Origin: Candidatus Parcubacteria bacterium
GTDB lineage: Bacteria > Patescibacteriota > Minisyncoccia > JACPXH01
Direction of reading: 5' to 3'
Assembly: GCA_016196625.1 (NCBI GenBank)
Contig: JACPXH010000007.1
Span: 18,631 to 82,630, forward strand
Length of the DNA: 64,000 nucleotides
Shown here: piece after piece, positions 18,548 through 28,607 of the stretch
Numbering within the stretch: the stretch's first letter is position 1
Layout of the letters: the number at the start of each line of letters is the position of its first letter
Translations under genes and position numbers: made by a program
The notes under the pieces: model-generated
Seen by the model: the letters and a program-made list of their open reading frames with translations, nothing else
The model's database searches: none
Told to the model about the DNA's origin: nothing

Positions 18548-19216
18548 GTGAATGATCCCATGCTTACTCCTGACTCAAAAAACTTTAACCACTCGTACAT
18601 TAAAGCCAAAGAAGCGCAGGTAAAACGCCATGAGCAATCTCATGCGCAAACCGACGACCCGAATCGTCTGCCGCCCGGGCAGGTCAAAACCGATCGGTTT
18701 CCGATTTTGGATTTGGGGGTGCGGCCCACGCGGGATTTGTATCCCATGTGGAAAGTAACGGTAGAAGGGTTGGTGGAGCGACCGATGGAGTGGAAACTCG
18801 ATGAGTTGCGCAAGCTCGGCGAAGTTGACCAGACGTCTGATTTTCACTGCGTAACGCGCTGGTCAGCGTATGACGTCCACTGGACCGGTATCCCGTTCGT
18901 GAAGATCATGGAGCTCGTCAAGCCGAAACCCGAGGTGGCGCATGTTATTTTTCACTCTTTCGACGGCTACACCACGAACGTGCCGCTCAAAGAGCTCAAG
19001 AAGCCGAACGTGCTCGTTGCGCTGCAACTCGACGGCAAGGAAATTCCGCCTGAACACGGCGGGCCGGTGCGGATGGTTGTTCCACGCCTTTACGGCTGGA
19101 AATCAGCCAAGTTCTTGACGATGATCCGGTTTGTGGAGGAAGATGAGCCTGGGTTTTGGGAGGTGAGGGGGTATAATAACCACGGAGATCCGTGGGGAGA
19201 GGAGCGGTACAGTTAA
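18548..19216 (+). CDS. sulfite-oxidase-family molybdopterin oxidoreductase (MsrP/YedY-like catalytic domain)
   Basis: FHCVTRWS..DVHWTGIP, ALQLDGKEIPPEHGGPVRMVVP, GWKSAKFL motifs. Confidence 0.65.
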   Translation: MNDPMLTPDSKNFNHSYIKAKEAQVKRHEQSHAQTDDPNRLPPGQVKTDRFPILDLGVRPTRDLYPMWKVTVEGLVERPMEWKLDELRKLGEVDQTSDFHCVTRWSAYDVHWTGIPFVKIMELVKPKPEVAHVIFHSFDGYTTNVPLKELKKPNVLVALQLDGKEIPPEHGGPVRMVVPRLYGWKSAKFLTMIRFVEEDEPGFWEVRGYNNHGDPWGEERYS

Positions 19217-19240
19217 ACGCATCGTTCAAGGAGGAGCGAG

Positions 19241-19483
19241 ATGTTGGTGCTCACGCGGCGGTTAGGAGAGCGGATCAAAATCGGGGATGACGTTTCCGTG
19301 GTCGTGTTGGAAATCAAGGGTGGCCAGGTGCGGTTGGGGATTGAAGCTTCGTCGGCGGTTCCGGTGCATCGCGAGGAGATCTGGAAGAAAATCAAGCAGC
19401 AGAGGGAGGAGGAAGATGGAGGAGCGGCGCGAGCAGATGCACCACCTGTTCTTCACGGCGCGTGCCTGGCGGGGGAGCGATGA
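19241..19483 (+). CDS. csrA: carbon storage regulator CsrA homolog with C-terminal extension
   Basis: [48 protein letters not shown], near-identical to CsrA consensus. Confidence 0.8.
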   Translation: MLVLTRRLGERIKIGDDVSVVVLEIKGGQVRLGIEASSAVPVHREEIWKKIKQQREEEDGGAARADAPPVLHGACLAGER

Positions 19484-19743
19484 AGTTTTTATCCGGGTAG
19501 GAGGCACACGTCAGCGCGGAGGACTCGAGCTTCGGATGACGGTGCCAGATGGCTGGCAGAGCGAGTTCAACCCGCTGCCGCCAGATACAGACAACGGCAG
19601 GGGGAAGAAGCCGCGGCGGAGGCGAGTGTTGCGGCGAACGTAGTCCTGTGTCCGTACGAATCATGAGAGCGGCCCGCCAATCGGTGGGCCGCTCCTTCGT
19701 TTTGTTCTTACGCAGGCTGGAGTATCATGTGGTTATGGCTTCT

Positions 19744-20979
19744 GCGCGCGATTTTTCGCCGGATTTCCTCTTTGGCGCTTCAACCTCTGCCCATCAGGTT
19801 GAAGGCCATAACGTTGCGAGCGACTGGTGGCTTTGGGAGCGCAGCCGGGCGCGGCGCATAGAGCTCGAACGCCGCGGTCTTGATCCCCTAGATTTCATTT
19901 CCGGAGAGGCGTGCGATCACTCACGCAGATTTGAGGAAGACTTCGCTTGGGCCAAACATTTTGGGCACAACGCCCACCGTTTTTCAGTCGAATGGGCCAA
20001 GTGTGAGCCGGAAGAAGGCATGTTTAACCAAGCGGCATTCGATCATTACGGCGCAGTGCTTGAAGCGTTGCGGCGTCGGGGGATAGTCCCGATCGTAACC
20101 TTGTGGCACTGGACTTTGCCTGCGTGGCTTGCCGAGCGCGGCGGGTGGGAAGCGCCTGACGCGATCAGGGCCTTTAGCCGGTTTGTCGGCCGCGTGGTGC
20201 ACGATTTTGCGGGCCAGGTGCGTTGGTGGGTTACCGTGAACGAGCCCACGGTCTACGCGTGGAAAGCGTATGCGAAAGGAGAGTGGCCGCCGCAGGTTCG
20301 TTCGTCCGCGCGCACCCAGACGGTATTAGAGCGACTTCTTGAGGCGCACCGGAAGGCATACGAAGTTATCAAGTTTGTTGACCCCGTGTCAGCGGTTGGC
20401 ATCGCGCACCATATCTCGGCAATCGAACCTGCGCGGCCGCACTCGTTCTTCGACGCCTTGGCCGCGCGCGCGGCCCGAGCGGTTGCGGTGAGCCGCCCCA
20501 TTGCGGCCACGCTCGTCACGTCAGACTTCATCGGCGTCAACTACTACTCGCGCCGGCGCGTACGCTTCTCGCTTGCGCGCCCTGCCGACTGGTTTATCAA
20601 GACTGAACCCTCCGTGTTGGCGACCTCAGACCTCGGGTGTGAGATTTACCCCGAAGGGTTGCTCCGGGCGTTGAGAGAGCTAGCTCGGCATTTGAAACCC
20701 CTCCTGGTTACGGAAAACGGGATCGCGGACGCAACCGACACCTACCGGGCTCGTTTCATCGTGGGTCACCTCCGGTGCGTCAAGCAGGCGCTGGGAGAAG
20801 CAATTGACGTGCGTGGATACCTGCACTGGTCGCTCTTGGACAACTTTGAGTGGGCCCAAGGATTTGGGCCGCGTTTTGGACTATTAGCCGTTAACTACTT
20901 GAACCAGCAGCGAACGCCCAGACCATCGGCCGAGATCTATGCAGAAATTTGCCGGACCGGCCGGCTGCCCGCCCCATGA
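19744..20979 (+). CDS. GH1 family beta-glucosidase
   Basis: FLFGASTSAHQVEG, TLWHWTLP, VTVNEP (acid/base), LVTENG (nucleophile), WSLLDNFEW. Confidence 0.85.
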   Translation, partial: ARDFSPDFLFGASTSAHQVEGHNVASDWWLWERSRARRIELERRGLDPLDFISGEACDHSRRFEEDFAWAKHFGHNAHRFSVEWAKCEPEEGMFNQAAFDHYGAVLEALRRRGIVPIVTLWHWTLPAWLAERGGWEAPDAIRAFSRFVGRVVHDFAGQVRWWVTVNEPTVYAWKAYAKGEWPPQVRSSARTQTVLERLLEAHRKAYEVIKFVDPVSAVGIAHHISAIEPARPHSFFDALAARAARAVAVSRPIAATLVTSDFIGVNYYSRRRVRFSLARPADWFIKTEPSVLATSDLGCEIYPEGLLRALRELARHLKPLLVTENGIADATDTYRARFIVGHLRCVKQALGEAIDVRGYLHWSLLDNFEWAQGFGPRFGLLAVNYLNQQRTPRPSAEIYAEICRTGRLPAP

Positions 20980-21860
20980 ATTGGCTCCTCTTCGCTCTGA
21001 GCGCGTACTTTCTTAATGCGGTCGCCACGACCGTTGACAGCATTCTGTTGCGCCGGCGCATCCCGGAGCCGCTCACGTATACCACGTATGTGGGCTTGGT
21101 GAGTATTTTTGCGTTGGTGCTGGCGCCGTGGGGGTTTGGGGTGCCGAGTGCGGGGCTCGCGGTATTGAGCATACTTACCGGTTGTGTGTTTCTCGGGAGC
21201 TTGGCGGTTATCTTCCAGCTGCTTAAATCGTTCGAACCCTCGCGTTCGGCCGCGGTGGCAGGCACCGCCACGGTGCTCATATTACTCGCGGCGGAACGAC
21301 TGCTCATGGGTACAACCTTCACGAGCGCGGAACTTGCGGCCGTGGTGCTTTTGCTTGGGGGCATTTTTTTGCTGACACATCGTAGCAGCGGGGCAGCTCA
21401 ACGCGGGCGGTTCATGCGGCTTACGCTGGCGGCCGGAGGTCTGGGGGCACTTTATTTGTTTTTGGCCAAGATTGTTTTCGGCGCGCTCGGGTTTGTGAAC
21501 GGGTTTATCTGGACTCGGTTGGGTGCGTTCTTGGGGGCGTTGGTGCTGTGGCTGGTATTGAGGTTGCGCGGCCGCGGCGAGCCGATGCCCGCAGCGAGTG
21601 CGTTGGTGCTGGCCAACCGTACCGTAGCCGGAGTTGGTTCAGTGCTCATGAATGGAGCCGTGGCGCTGGCGAGTCCGGCCTTGGTGAGCGCGCTCAGAGG
21701 CAGCGAGTACGCGTTCCTGTTTTTGTTGGCGTTTGCACTGTCTGCGTTTGCGCCGCAGCTGTTGCAGGAAGAGCTGCGGGCAAAACGCGTGGTTGAAAAA
21801 ATCGCGGGCTTGGTTTCGGTCGCGTTCGGCTTAGCGCTTCTTACATTTGGCAAACCATGA
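20976..21860 (+). CDS. EamA/DMT-like 10-TM transporter
   Basis: two repeats of 5 TM helices; start MNWLL overlaps GH1 stop. Confidence 0.45.
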   Translation: MNWLLFALSAYFLNAVATTVDSILLRRRIPEPLTYTTYVGLVSIFALVLAPWGFGVPSAGLAVLSILTGCVFLGSLAVIFQLLKSFEPSRSAAVAGTATVLILLAAERLLMGTTFTSAELAAVVLLLGGIFLLTHRSSGAAQRGRFMRLTLAAGGLGALYLFLAKIVFGALGFVNGFIWTRLGAFLGALVLWLVLRLRGRGEPMPAASALVLANRTVAGVGSVLMNGAVALASPALVSALRGSEYAFLFLLAFALSAFAPQLLQEELRAKRVVEKIAGLVSVAFGLALLTFGKP

Positions 21861-22882
21861 GATTTCTCCCGCGTTGGTTTTTCCGTTTGGTCTTGCTCGT
21901 TTTGCTCGTGTTGGCGGCAGTAGTGGCCTTTGCCTGGTGGCAGGTGCGCGCAGTGCCTGATAACCCGCACGTGCGCTACGGCGTTACGTTTTCGGCCAAA
22001 CGCGCCGAAGATCTGTTTCGGCTCGATTGGCGACGGGCGTATCTGTCCGTACTTGACGATCTCAAAGTTCGCCGCTTGCGGATTCCGGCGTACTGGGACC
22101 GGATTGAGAAAGAGAGCGGAGCCTATGACTGGGCAGAACTCGACTTTCAGATGAAAGAGGCAGAAACGCGTAACGCCTCGGTCTTGCTCGCGGTGGGCTT
22201 GCGGCTGCCCGGCTGGCCGGAATGCCACATGCCCGATTGGGTCAAGAGTTTGAACACCGCAGAACGCGAAGCAAAAATTCTGGCATTCATTGAACGGGCG
22301 GTCGAGCGCTACAAACCCTCGCGAGCCGTCTGGGCCTGGCAGGTGGAAAATGAACCGTTCCTGTTTGGGTTCGGCGAGTGTCCGGCTTTGGACGTGCAAT
22401 TTTTGGACAAGGAGATTGCTCTCGTGCGCACCCTGGATGATCGAGCCGTCGTTATCACCGATTCGGGCGAGCTGGGCCGCTGGATCAGGCCCGCGCGTCG
22501 GGCTGACATTTTTGGTACCACCATGTACCGAACCGTCTGGGATCGCCGCGTTGGCTATGTGCATTATCCTATGGGCCCGGTGTTCTTTCGGATCAAGGCT
22601 TGGATTGCCCAGCACATTGTTCGAGTTAAACGCATCATCGTGGCGGAACTGCAAGCTGAGCCCTGGGGGCCCAAGCAGATTCCAGAGATTTCCATTGAGG
22701 AGATGGCCAAATCCATGAACGTGGAGAAGTTTCGGGATATTATTCGTTTTGAGCAAGAGACTGGCTTTGATGAAGTGTATTGGTGGGGAGTGGAGTGGTG
22801 GTATTGGATGAAAATGAGGCAAGGCAAGCCCGAGATGTGGGAGGAGGCGGCGAGACTATTTGTCCAACAGAGCCGCCGTTGA
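21857..22882 (+). CDS. membrane-anchored glycoside hydrolase, clan GH-A (GH5/GH113-like)
   Basis: N-terminal TM, WQVENEP catalytic-acid motif, Trp-rich C-terminus. Confidence 0.5.
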   Translation: MRFLPRWFFRLVLLVLLVLAAVVAFAWWQVRAVPDNPHVRYGVTFSAKRAEDLFRLDWRRAYLSVLDDLKVRRLRIPAYWDRIEKESGAYDWAELDFQMKEAETRNASVLLAVGLRLPGWPECHMPDWVKSLNTAEREAKILAFIERAVERYKPSRAVWAWQVENEPFLFGFGECPALDVQFLDKEIALVRTLDDRAVVITDSGELGRWIRPARRADIFGTTMYRTVWDRRVGYVHYPMGPVFFRIKAWIAQHIVRVKRIIVAELQAEPWGPKQIPEISIEEMAKSMNVEKFRDIIRFEQETGFDEVYWWGVEWWYWMKMRQGKPEMWEEAARLFVQQSRR

Positions 22883-23036
22883 CTTTTTGGTTTCTTTGGA
22901 GATAAAATGTGGCATCCCGATGGGAGGCTGGCCGCCACAGCCAGTCCATTAGCCGTTTTGGGACCGGCTCATCGCGCTGACTGTGCAGCCTCTCATCGGG
23001 ACCAGTTACGCAACCCATCGTCAGGGAGGGAACGAA

Positions 23037-23294
23037 ATGGCAGAGAAAACGCAGAAGCGGGTCGAGCGCGCGCAACGTCGTCAGGACCCAGATGGAGGTT
23101 CGCCACCAGCCGCAAACCCCGAGACCGTCGAACGAGGGAAGAAGGTCAGCGAGAAGCTCGACGCGTTGGCCCAAGAGATAGACGAGCTTTTGGCGCAAGA
23201 GGCCGAGCGGCGAGGGCATGGCACGGGCGAAGCTGCCTCGATCGCCGCAGCCGATGAGATCGTCAACACGTATGTTCAGTTCGGCGGGGAGTAA
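23037..23294 (+). CDS. pup: prokaryotic ubiquitin-like protein Pup homolog ending YVQFGGE
   Basis: 85-aa disordered E/A/Q-rich protein; KLDALAQEIDELLAQEAE helix region matches Pup Mpa-binding segment; C-terminal IVNTYVQFGGE matches Pup [FY]VQKGG[QE]; GGGAGGG SD 6 nt upstream. Confidence 0.6.
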   Translation: MAEKTQKRVERAQRRQDPDGGSPPAANPETVERGKKVSEKLDALAQEIDELLAQEAERRGHGTGEAASIAAADEIVNTYVQFGGE

Positions 23295-23364
23295 GTAGCT
23301 CGCATTGGCCAGAAGCCCCCGCGCTTCGCGCGAGGGCTTCAATAGAGTAGAGAGGAGGTGTCCT

Positions 23365-23736
23365 GTGAGAGCGACCGCGAAGTATCCGACAAGGAGAAAC
23401 GAGCTCCTCACGAGTGCTCTTTTCCCAGACAGGAGCTACCCCGAAGAATTTGCTCGGGCTGTTACGGCAGAGTTACCCGATTGGGAGGACATCCACTTGG
23501 CTTTGAGCGAATCGGACTTTATGGTCGGCGCGCTGCTGGGCATTTTTGGGAGAGGGCACTTGGGATCCCCAGAGCAGATAGTCGCCGATTTCGCAGGAGG
23601 CAGGGCTCACGACGTGAGGGCGAGAGCCGAGCGGGTCATCCGTTGTCGCCGGCTCTTTGAACAGTGGTTGGCCATCACGGATTCTTGGAGGGGCCAGCCG
23701 TCTATCGAGCGTAAGATGACGCCCGTCCTTGCGTAG
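23365..23736 (+). CDS. hypothetical protein (124 aa from GTG with strong SD)
   Basis: agaggagg SD before GTG 23365; no recognisable domain. Confidence 0.4.
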   Translation: MRATAKYPTRRNELLTSALFPDRSYPEEFARAVTAELPDWEDIHLALSESDFMVGALLGIFGRGHLGSPEQIVADFAGGRAHDVRARAERVIRCRRLFEQWLAITDSWRGQPSIERKMTPVLA

Positions 23737-23815
23737 GGAGGTATCAGGTCTCGCCCCACGGGGCGAGGCCTCTTGTTTTTGGCCCACTTTGCGCGCTACG
23801 GTACATACGCGTTCT

Positions 23816-25390
23816 ATGACCGAAAGCCGCCATTATTTGCGCGTCGGCCGCGCCACTGATCTGGTTGATTCGTCCGAGCGGCACCTCTACCGGGCACTCG
23901 AGATCTTCCCGGGCGCTTTGGCGTGGGTGACGCTTGTTTTTGTCGTCATCGGCTCGGCGTTTTTCCCGGTGGCGATTGCCCTTTTTATTATTGCTTTTGA
24001 CGTCTATTGGCTGCTTAAAACAGTTTATTTGTCGCTACACCTGCGGGCCGCGTACCGTCGTTTACGTGTCAACTTGGCCACTGACTGGCGGCAAAAGCTC
24101 GAAGCGTTGCCGGCGCATGCATACACGCTACCGATTGAGTCATGGCGTCAGCTCGACCATTTGGTGATTTTGCCAATGGTGGACGAAGGGTTGGAAGTGG
24201 TGCGGCCGACCATGCAGATGCTCGCCGCCTCGCATTACCCCTTGGAGCAACTGATGGTGGTATTGGCCATTGAAGCGCGGGTAGGAGAGTCCGCTCGGCA
24301 GGTGGCCCAGACGATCGAAGCAGAATTCGGAGCGCTTTTCGGCGCGTTTCTCGTTACCGTCCACCCCGATGGACTTGGCGGAGAGATTCGCGGCAAAGGC
24401 TCGAACGAGACGTGGGCGGCCCGGGAGGTGAAAGAGAAGATTGTTGATCCGCGCCGCATTCCCTACGAACACATCATCGCTTCGGTCTTTGATGTTGATA
24501 CCGTGGTTCGGCCGGATTTTTTCGCGTGCCTCACGTACCAGTACCTAACCACCCCGAACCCCACCCGCAAGAGCTTTCAACCTGTTCCATTTTATTCAAA
24601 CAACATCTGGCAGGCGCCGGCACTCGCTCGGGTGGTCGCGCTCTCGGCCACGTTCTGGCACATGATGCAACAAGAGCGGCCCGAGCGACAGACCACTTTT
24701 TCTTCGCACGCCATGTCCTTTGCCCCGCTTGTCGAGATCGGTTTCTGGCAGACCAACGTGGTCTCCGAGGACTCGCGGATTTTCTGGCAGTGCTATCTTC
24801 ACCTTGACGGCGATTGGCGGGTGGTCCCCCTGTACTATCCAGTTGAAATGGATGCGAACCTCGCTCCAACCTTCTGGCAGACGATGGCCAATGTATATAA
24901 GCAGCAGCGCCGGTGGGGATACGGGGTTGAAAACGTGCCCTACTTTCTCTACGGGTTTTTGAAAAACAAGGCGGTTCCCTTTCGGAAAAAACTTCGGTTC
25001 GGGTTCATGGTGATTGAGGGCTTCCACGCCTGGGCCACCAATGCGCTCATTATCTTTCTTTTGGGGTGGTTGCCGTTAGTTTTGGGCGGACGGCTGTTTA
25101 ACGTAACCGTGCTCTCGGCCAACCTGCCGGTGGTAACGCGCAACCTCATGACGCTGTCCATGATCGGGTTGGTGTCATCAGCCGTGCTTTCACTCAACTT
25201 GCTTCCGCCGAGGCCCCCGGAATACGGACGATTCCGATATCTGTGGATGGTGCTCCAGTGGCTATTCATGCCGTTGACTATCATCGTCTTTGGCGCGCTC
25301 CCCGGTTTGGAAGCTCAGACGCGGTTGATGCTGGGTCGCTACATGGGGTTTTGGGTCACGCCTAAGGTGCGCAGGTCCGCAGCAGCGTGA
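23816..25390 (+). CDS. processive family-2 glycosyltransferase (cellulose-synthase-like, QxxRW)
   Basis: multi-TM, DxD-containing GT-A core, YKQQRRWGYG (QxxRW) motif. Confidence 0.7.
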   Translation: MTESRHYLRVGRATDLVDSSERHLYRALEIFPGALAWVTLVFVVIGSAFFPVAIALFIIAFDVYWLLKTVYLSLHLRAAYRRLRVNLATDWRQKLEALPAHAYTLPIESWRQLDHLVILPMVDEGLEVVRPTMQMLAASHYPLEQLMVVLAIEARVGESARQVAQTIEAEFGALFGAFLVTVHPDGLGGEIRGKGSNETWAAREVKEKIVDPRRIPYEHIIASVFDVDTVVRPDFFACLTYQYLTTPNPTRKSFQPVPFYSNNIWQAPALARVVALSATFWHMMQQERPERQTTFSSHAMSFAPLVEIGFWQTNVVSEDSRIFWQCYLHLDGDWRVVPLYYPVEMDANLAPTFWQTMANVYKQQRRWGYGVENVPYFLYGFLKNKAVPFRKKLRFGFMVIEGFHAWATNALIIFLLGWLPLVLGGRLFNVTVLSANLPVVTRNLMTLSMIGLVSSAVLSLNLLPPRPPEYGRFRYLWMVLQWLFMPLTIIVFGALPGLEAQTRLMLGRYMGFWVTPKVRRSAAA

Positions 25391-25406
25391 AAACAAAAAA
25401 TGAAAA

Positions 25407-25482
25407 CCGGCAGCGCTGGGGCGGTTTTCAGTCGGCTTTCGCCGATGCAGCGCTGCCGGCTATCCCGGGAGGGCCCCCCGGG
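25407..25482. terminator. hairpins between convergent GT2 gene and minus-strand ORF
   Basis: ccggcagcgctg ... cagcgctgccgg and cccgggagggccccccggg. Confidence 0.4.
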
Positions 25483-25540
25483 ATTCACGGAAAGGGCACG
25501 ACAAGGAAGACACGGGAGAGGGCGGCAACGTTACGGTTAA

Positions 25541-26068
25541 CTACCGCCCACGAGAGCCGTTGAACCTGCCGTGGCGGTTGACGTACGGCGGTCTCCTCTT
25601 GCCGTTCGCCGCGGGCAGAACCATCTTACCGGGCCGTTCCTCCGTCACGGCCCACGCCGGCACCTCCAGTTCATCGCCGGTCGCGAAGCGCACCCGCGAT
25701 CGGGCCTGGCCGTTCCCGCCGATCGAACGGGCGAGCACAACGCCCTGCGAGGCGCCTCGCCTGATCAGTCCGTAGTCTAGCTGGAGGTTCTCGGGGAGTT
25801 TTCGGAGCAATGCTTCGTTGATCCAATGGGTGGGCGCGAAGATGACAGCGTGTTCGGGTACCGACACCTTCGTGCCGCACTCAAGCCGCATCGAAAGCAT
25901 GCCCGGGTGGTGTCGGTTCACACCGAGTACCATCAATCCCCGTCCATTGACCGCTTTCGACAGCGTCTTGGCGTGGGGTATGAGGTCTCGGGTGAGTCCA
26001 CCCAAGAACTCCGGCGCGAGCCGATGGGTTGGGATGAATTCTTGCGTTGCGGATCCGCTTGGTGCCAT
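25541..26068 (-). CDS. hypothetical protein with HPx8C signature and basic C-terminal tail
   Basis: 175-aa ORF; GVNRHHPGMLSMRLECGTK: spacing His-Pro ... Cys identical to UBC/E2 HPN-x8-Cys; otherwise no clear family. Confidence 0.4.
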   Translation of the reverse strand: MAPSGSATQEFIPTHRLAPEFLGGLTRDLIPHAKTLSKAVNGRGLMVLGVNRHHPGMLSMRLECGTKVSVPEHAVIFAPTHWINEALLRKLPENLQLDYGLIRRGASQGVVLARSIGGNGQARSRVRFATGDELEVPAWAVTEERPGKMVLPAANGKRRPPYVNRHGRFNGSRGR

Positions 26069-26312
26069 AAGGGGGGCCTCCCTTTCTGGGTTTTAGTCGC
26101 GGACCCTCTCCCGTGTCTACTAAAACTAAATCAAGGTACTACTTCCTCGTGGAAGGATATTAAAGAAACGCCACGCTGTCAACCTCCATCACGCCGCACC
26201 TTTCCTCTTGTGGTACGAACGTGAAATAATGATAATTTTTTCTCATCCAGACATCTCTCCGCCGTCGCAGAGGGCCACGGGCTCTGCCCTTGGAGCTTCA
26301 CCGATGCGTTCA

Positions 26313-28526
26313 TTACTCTAGGTGTGCCTCTGACTCAAACTCAGCCAGCTGCTTTTTGAGCAGCGGCCAGCGCACCAGATCAGCGCTTTGTTGAAGCAGC
26401 AATTCGGCTTCGGCTCGTGCGGCTTTGATGAGCCGGCCGTCAGCGAGACTCGCCATGGCGAGATCCGGCAGGCCGGATTGCCGTGTCCCCAGAAAGTCTC
26501 CGGGACCACGGATCTGCAAGTCTTTCTCCGCGAGTTCAAATCCGGACTTCGCCTCGATGACGGCTCTGAGCCTTTGATGCGCGGTACGCGAGGTTGAATC
26601 GGTGAGTATAAGGCAGAAAGATTGGTGCTCGGCCCGCCCCACCCGACCGCGGAATTGGTAGAGCTGGGCCAGCCCGAAGTGCTCGGCGCCCTCAATCATC
26701 ATTACGGTTGCATTCGGTACATCCACGCCTACCTCCACTACCGAGGTAGAAACGAGGAGGTCCAACTCACCTTGAGCAAAGCGCGCCATTACCGATGCCT
26801 TCTCTTTCGCGCGCAATTTTCCGTGGAGCATGCCAACTCGGAGATCGCGGAATACCTCTTTGGAGAGCTTTTCGTATTCAACCGTGACGGCCTTGACCTC
26901 GGCGCGAAGGAGCGCAAGCTGACCGCGAGCGTTCGGGTGTGGACTATTCGCATCTTCGAGTTCGATGCGTGGACAGATGACAAACACTTGCCGTCCGCGG
27001 CGAACTTCTTCCCGAATAAACCGGTAGGCACGCTCTCGTTCGGTCGGTGCTACGAGTTTCGTTTCGATGGGTCGTCGTCCTTGCGGCAGTTCATCGAGAA
27101 TGGAGAGGTCCAAATCGCCGTAGATGGTGAGCGCCAGCGTGCGAGGAATCGGGGTGGCGCTCATACTCAAAAGATGGGGGGTGAGCTTATCAGGGTTTAG
27201 CGGAGCATTCGGAGCTTCTGGGGTAGCTGCTTCTGCCCGCGTCTGTCCGCGGGCAATGAGCGAAGCTCGCTGTTCAACTCCGAACCGATGCTGCTCATCT
27301 ACGATGACGAGCGCAAGTTTAGGGATGGCGACGTGCTTTTGCAGGAGCGCGTGTGTTCCGACCACGATGTCGGCGAGGCCTTCGCGAATGTGCGCATGCA
27401 GTTGTTTTTTTGAGGTGGTCATTCCCTCTCCGCCGGAAAAAAAACGCGCTTCAGAGCTGGTCAGCAGCGCGGCCGAGGCAGTGCCGAACGGAAACAGTTT
27501 TTTGAGCGTGAGGAAATGTTGGCGGGCGAGGATTTCCGTGGGCGCCATGAAGGCAGTCTGCCAGCCGGCGCGGCTCGCGAGGTACGCCGCGATGGCCGCC
27601 ACCACAGTCTTGCCGGAACCCACGTCGCCTTCGAGGAGTCGCGCCATGGGGTGGGGCTTGGCGATGTCCTGAAGAATCTCCCAGACCGCCTTGCGTTGGG
27701 CATTGGTGAGCGGGAAGGGGAGGGATGCGACAAACTGTTTTACCTCGGCCAGATCCAATGGGACAGCCGGAGCGGCCAGCTCGCTGATTTTTGCGCGCGC
27801 CTTGAGGTGCGAGAGTTGTATAAGGAGGAGCTCTTCGAAGGCGAGCCGGCGTCTCCCCTCTTTGGCCCTTTCGAGCGTAGTAGGGAAGTGGGTTTGTTGG
27901 AGCGCTTGGTCTAATGGCAGGAGTGTCTGGCGTCGGATCGTTTCTGCGGGCAGGGGATCGGGCCAGTCCCCTGCTGTTTTCACGAGCGGTTGGATGAGGA
28001 ATCTGAGCCAGCGACTGGTGAGCCCGGCGGTCTCGGGGTAGACGGGGACAAGGCGCCCCGTGTGCAGCATGTCTGAATCGCCTTTTTCGGTTCGCGCTCC
28101 GCGGAGCACCTCGTGACTGGGGTGAGAGAAGAGTAGGCCGCGGTTGTCGAGAGAAACCTTGCCGGAGACGGCGACGAGGTATCCTTGCCGGAGGGAATCG
28201 GAAAGGTACGGCTGGTTGAACCAGACCGCACGGACCGAACCGGTAGCGTCCCGCAGAACCGCCTCGGTAACCATCATGCGTTTTCGCCACGTGCGCTGGG
28301 ATTTGACCGAGGCGACCTCTCCTTTTATTGATGCAGTCTCCCCCGCCTTTAAGTCGCGAATTGCGGTTACGTTCGAAAAATCTTCGTACCGGCGGGGCAG
28401 GTGCAAGAGCAAGTCGCGTACGGTTTCGATGCCGAGATTTTTCAGGCGCTTCGCGACCATAGGCCGCACCCGCGGCAGTTTAACCACGGGGCTCGCGAGG
28501 TTTGGAGAAATAATGCCTTTGATCAT
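26313..28526 (-). CDS. recG: ATP-dependent DNA helicase RecG
   Basis: wedge domain, GDVGSGKT Walker A, DEQHRFGV, C-terminal helicase motifs. Confidence 0.92.
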   Translation of the reverse strand: MIKGIISPNLASPVVKLPRVRPMVAKRLKNLGIETVRDLLLHLPRRYEDFSNVTAIRDLKAGETASIKGEVASVKSQRTWRKRMMVTEAVLRDATGSVRAVWFNQPYLSDSLRQGYLVAVSGKVSLDNRGLLFSHPSHEVLRGARTEKGDSDMLHTGRLVPVYPETAGLTSRWLRFLIQPLVKTAGDWPDPLPAETIRRQTLLPLDQALQQTHFPTTLERAKEGRRRLAFEELLLIQLSHLKARAKISELAAPAVPLDLAEVKQFVASLPFPLTNAQRKAVWEILQDIAKPHPMARLLEGDVGSGKTVVAAIAAYLASRAGWQTAFMAPTEILARQHFLTLKKLFPFGTASAALLTSSEARFFSGGEGMTTSKKQLHAHIREGLADIVVGTHALLQKHVAIPKLALVIVDEQHRFGVEQRASLIARGQTRAEAATPEAPNAPLNPDKLTPHLLSMSATPIPRTLALTIYGDLDLSILDELPQGRRPIETKLVAPTERERAYRFIREEVRRGRQVFVICPRIELEDANSPHPNARGQLALLRAEVKAVTVEYEKLSKEVFRDLRVGMLHGKLRAKEKASVMARFAQGELDLLVSTSVVEVGVDVPNATVMMIEGAEHFGLAQLYQFRGRVGRAEHQSFCLILTDSTSRTAHQRLRAVIEAKSGFELAEKDLQIRGPGDFLGTRQSGLPDLAMASLADGRLIKAARAEAELLLQQSADLVRWPLLKKQLAEFESEAHLE

Positions 28527-28607
28527 TCGTTTCAGTATATCAGCACGGGGCGGTTAGACCGCAACACACCAGCGTCCCGCCAAATGGCGCGGCGCTGGTT
28601 AGGCGTG

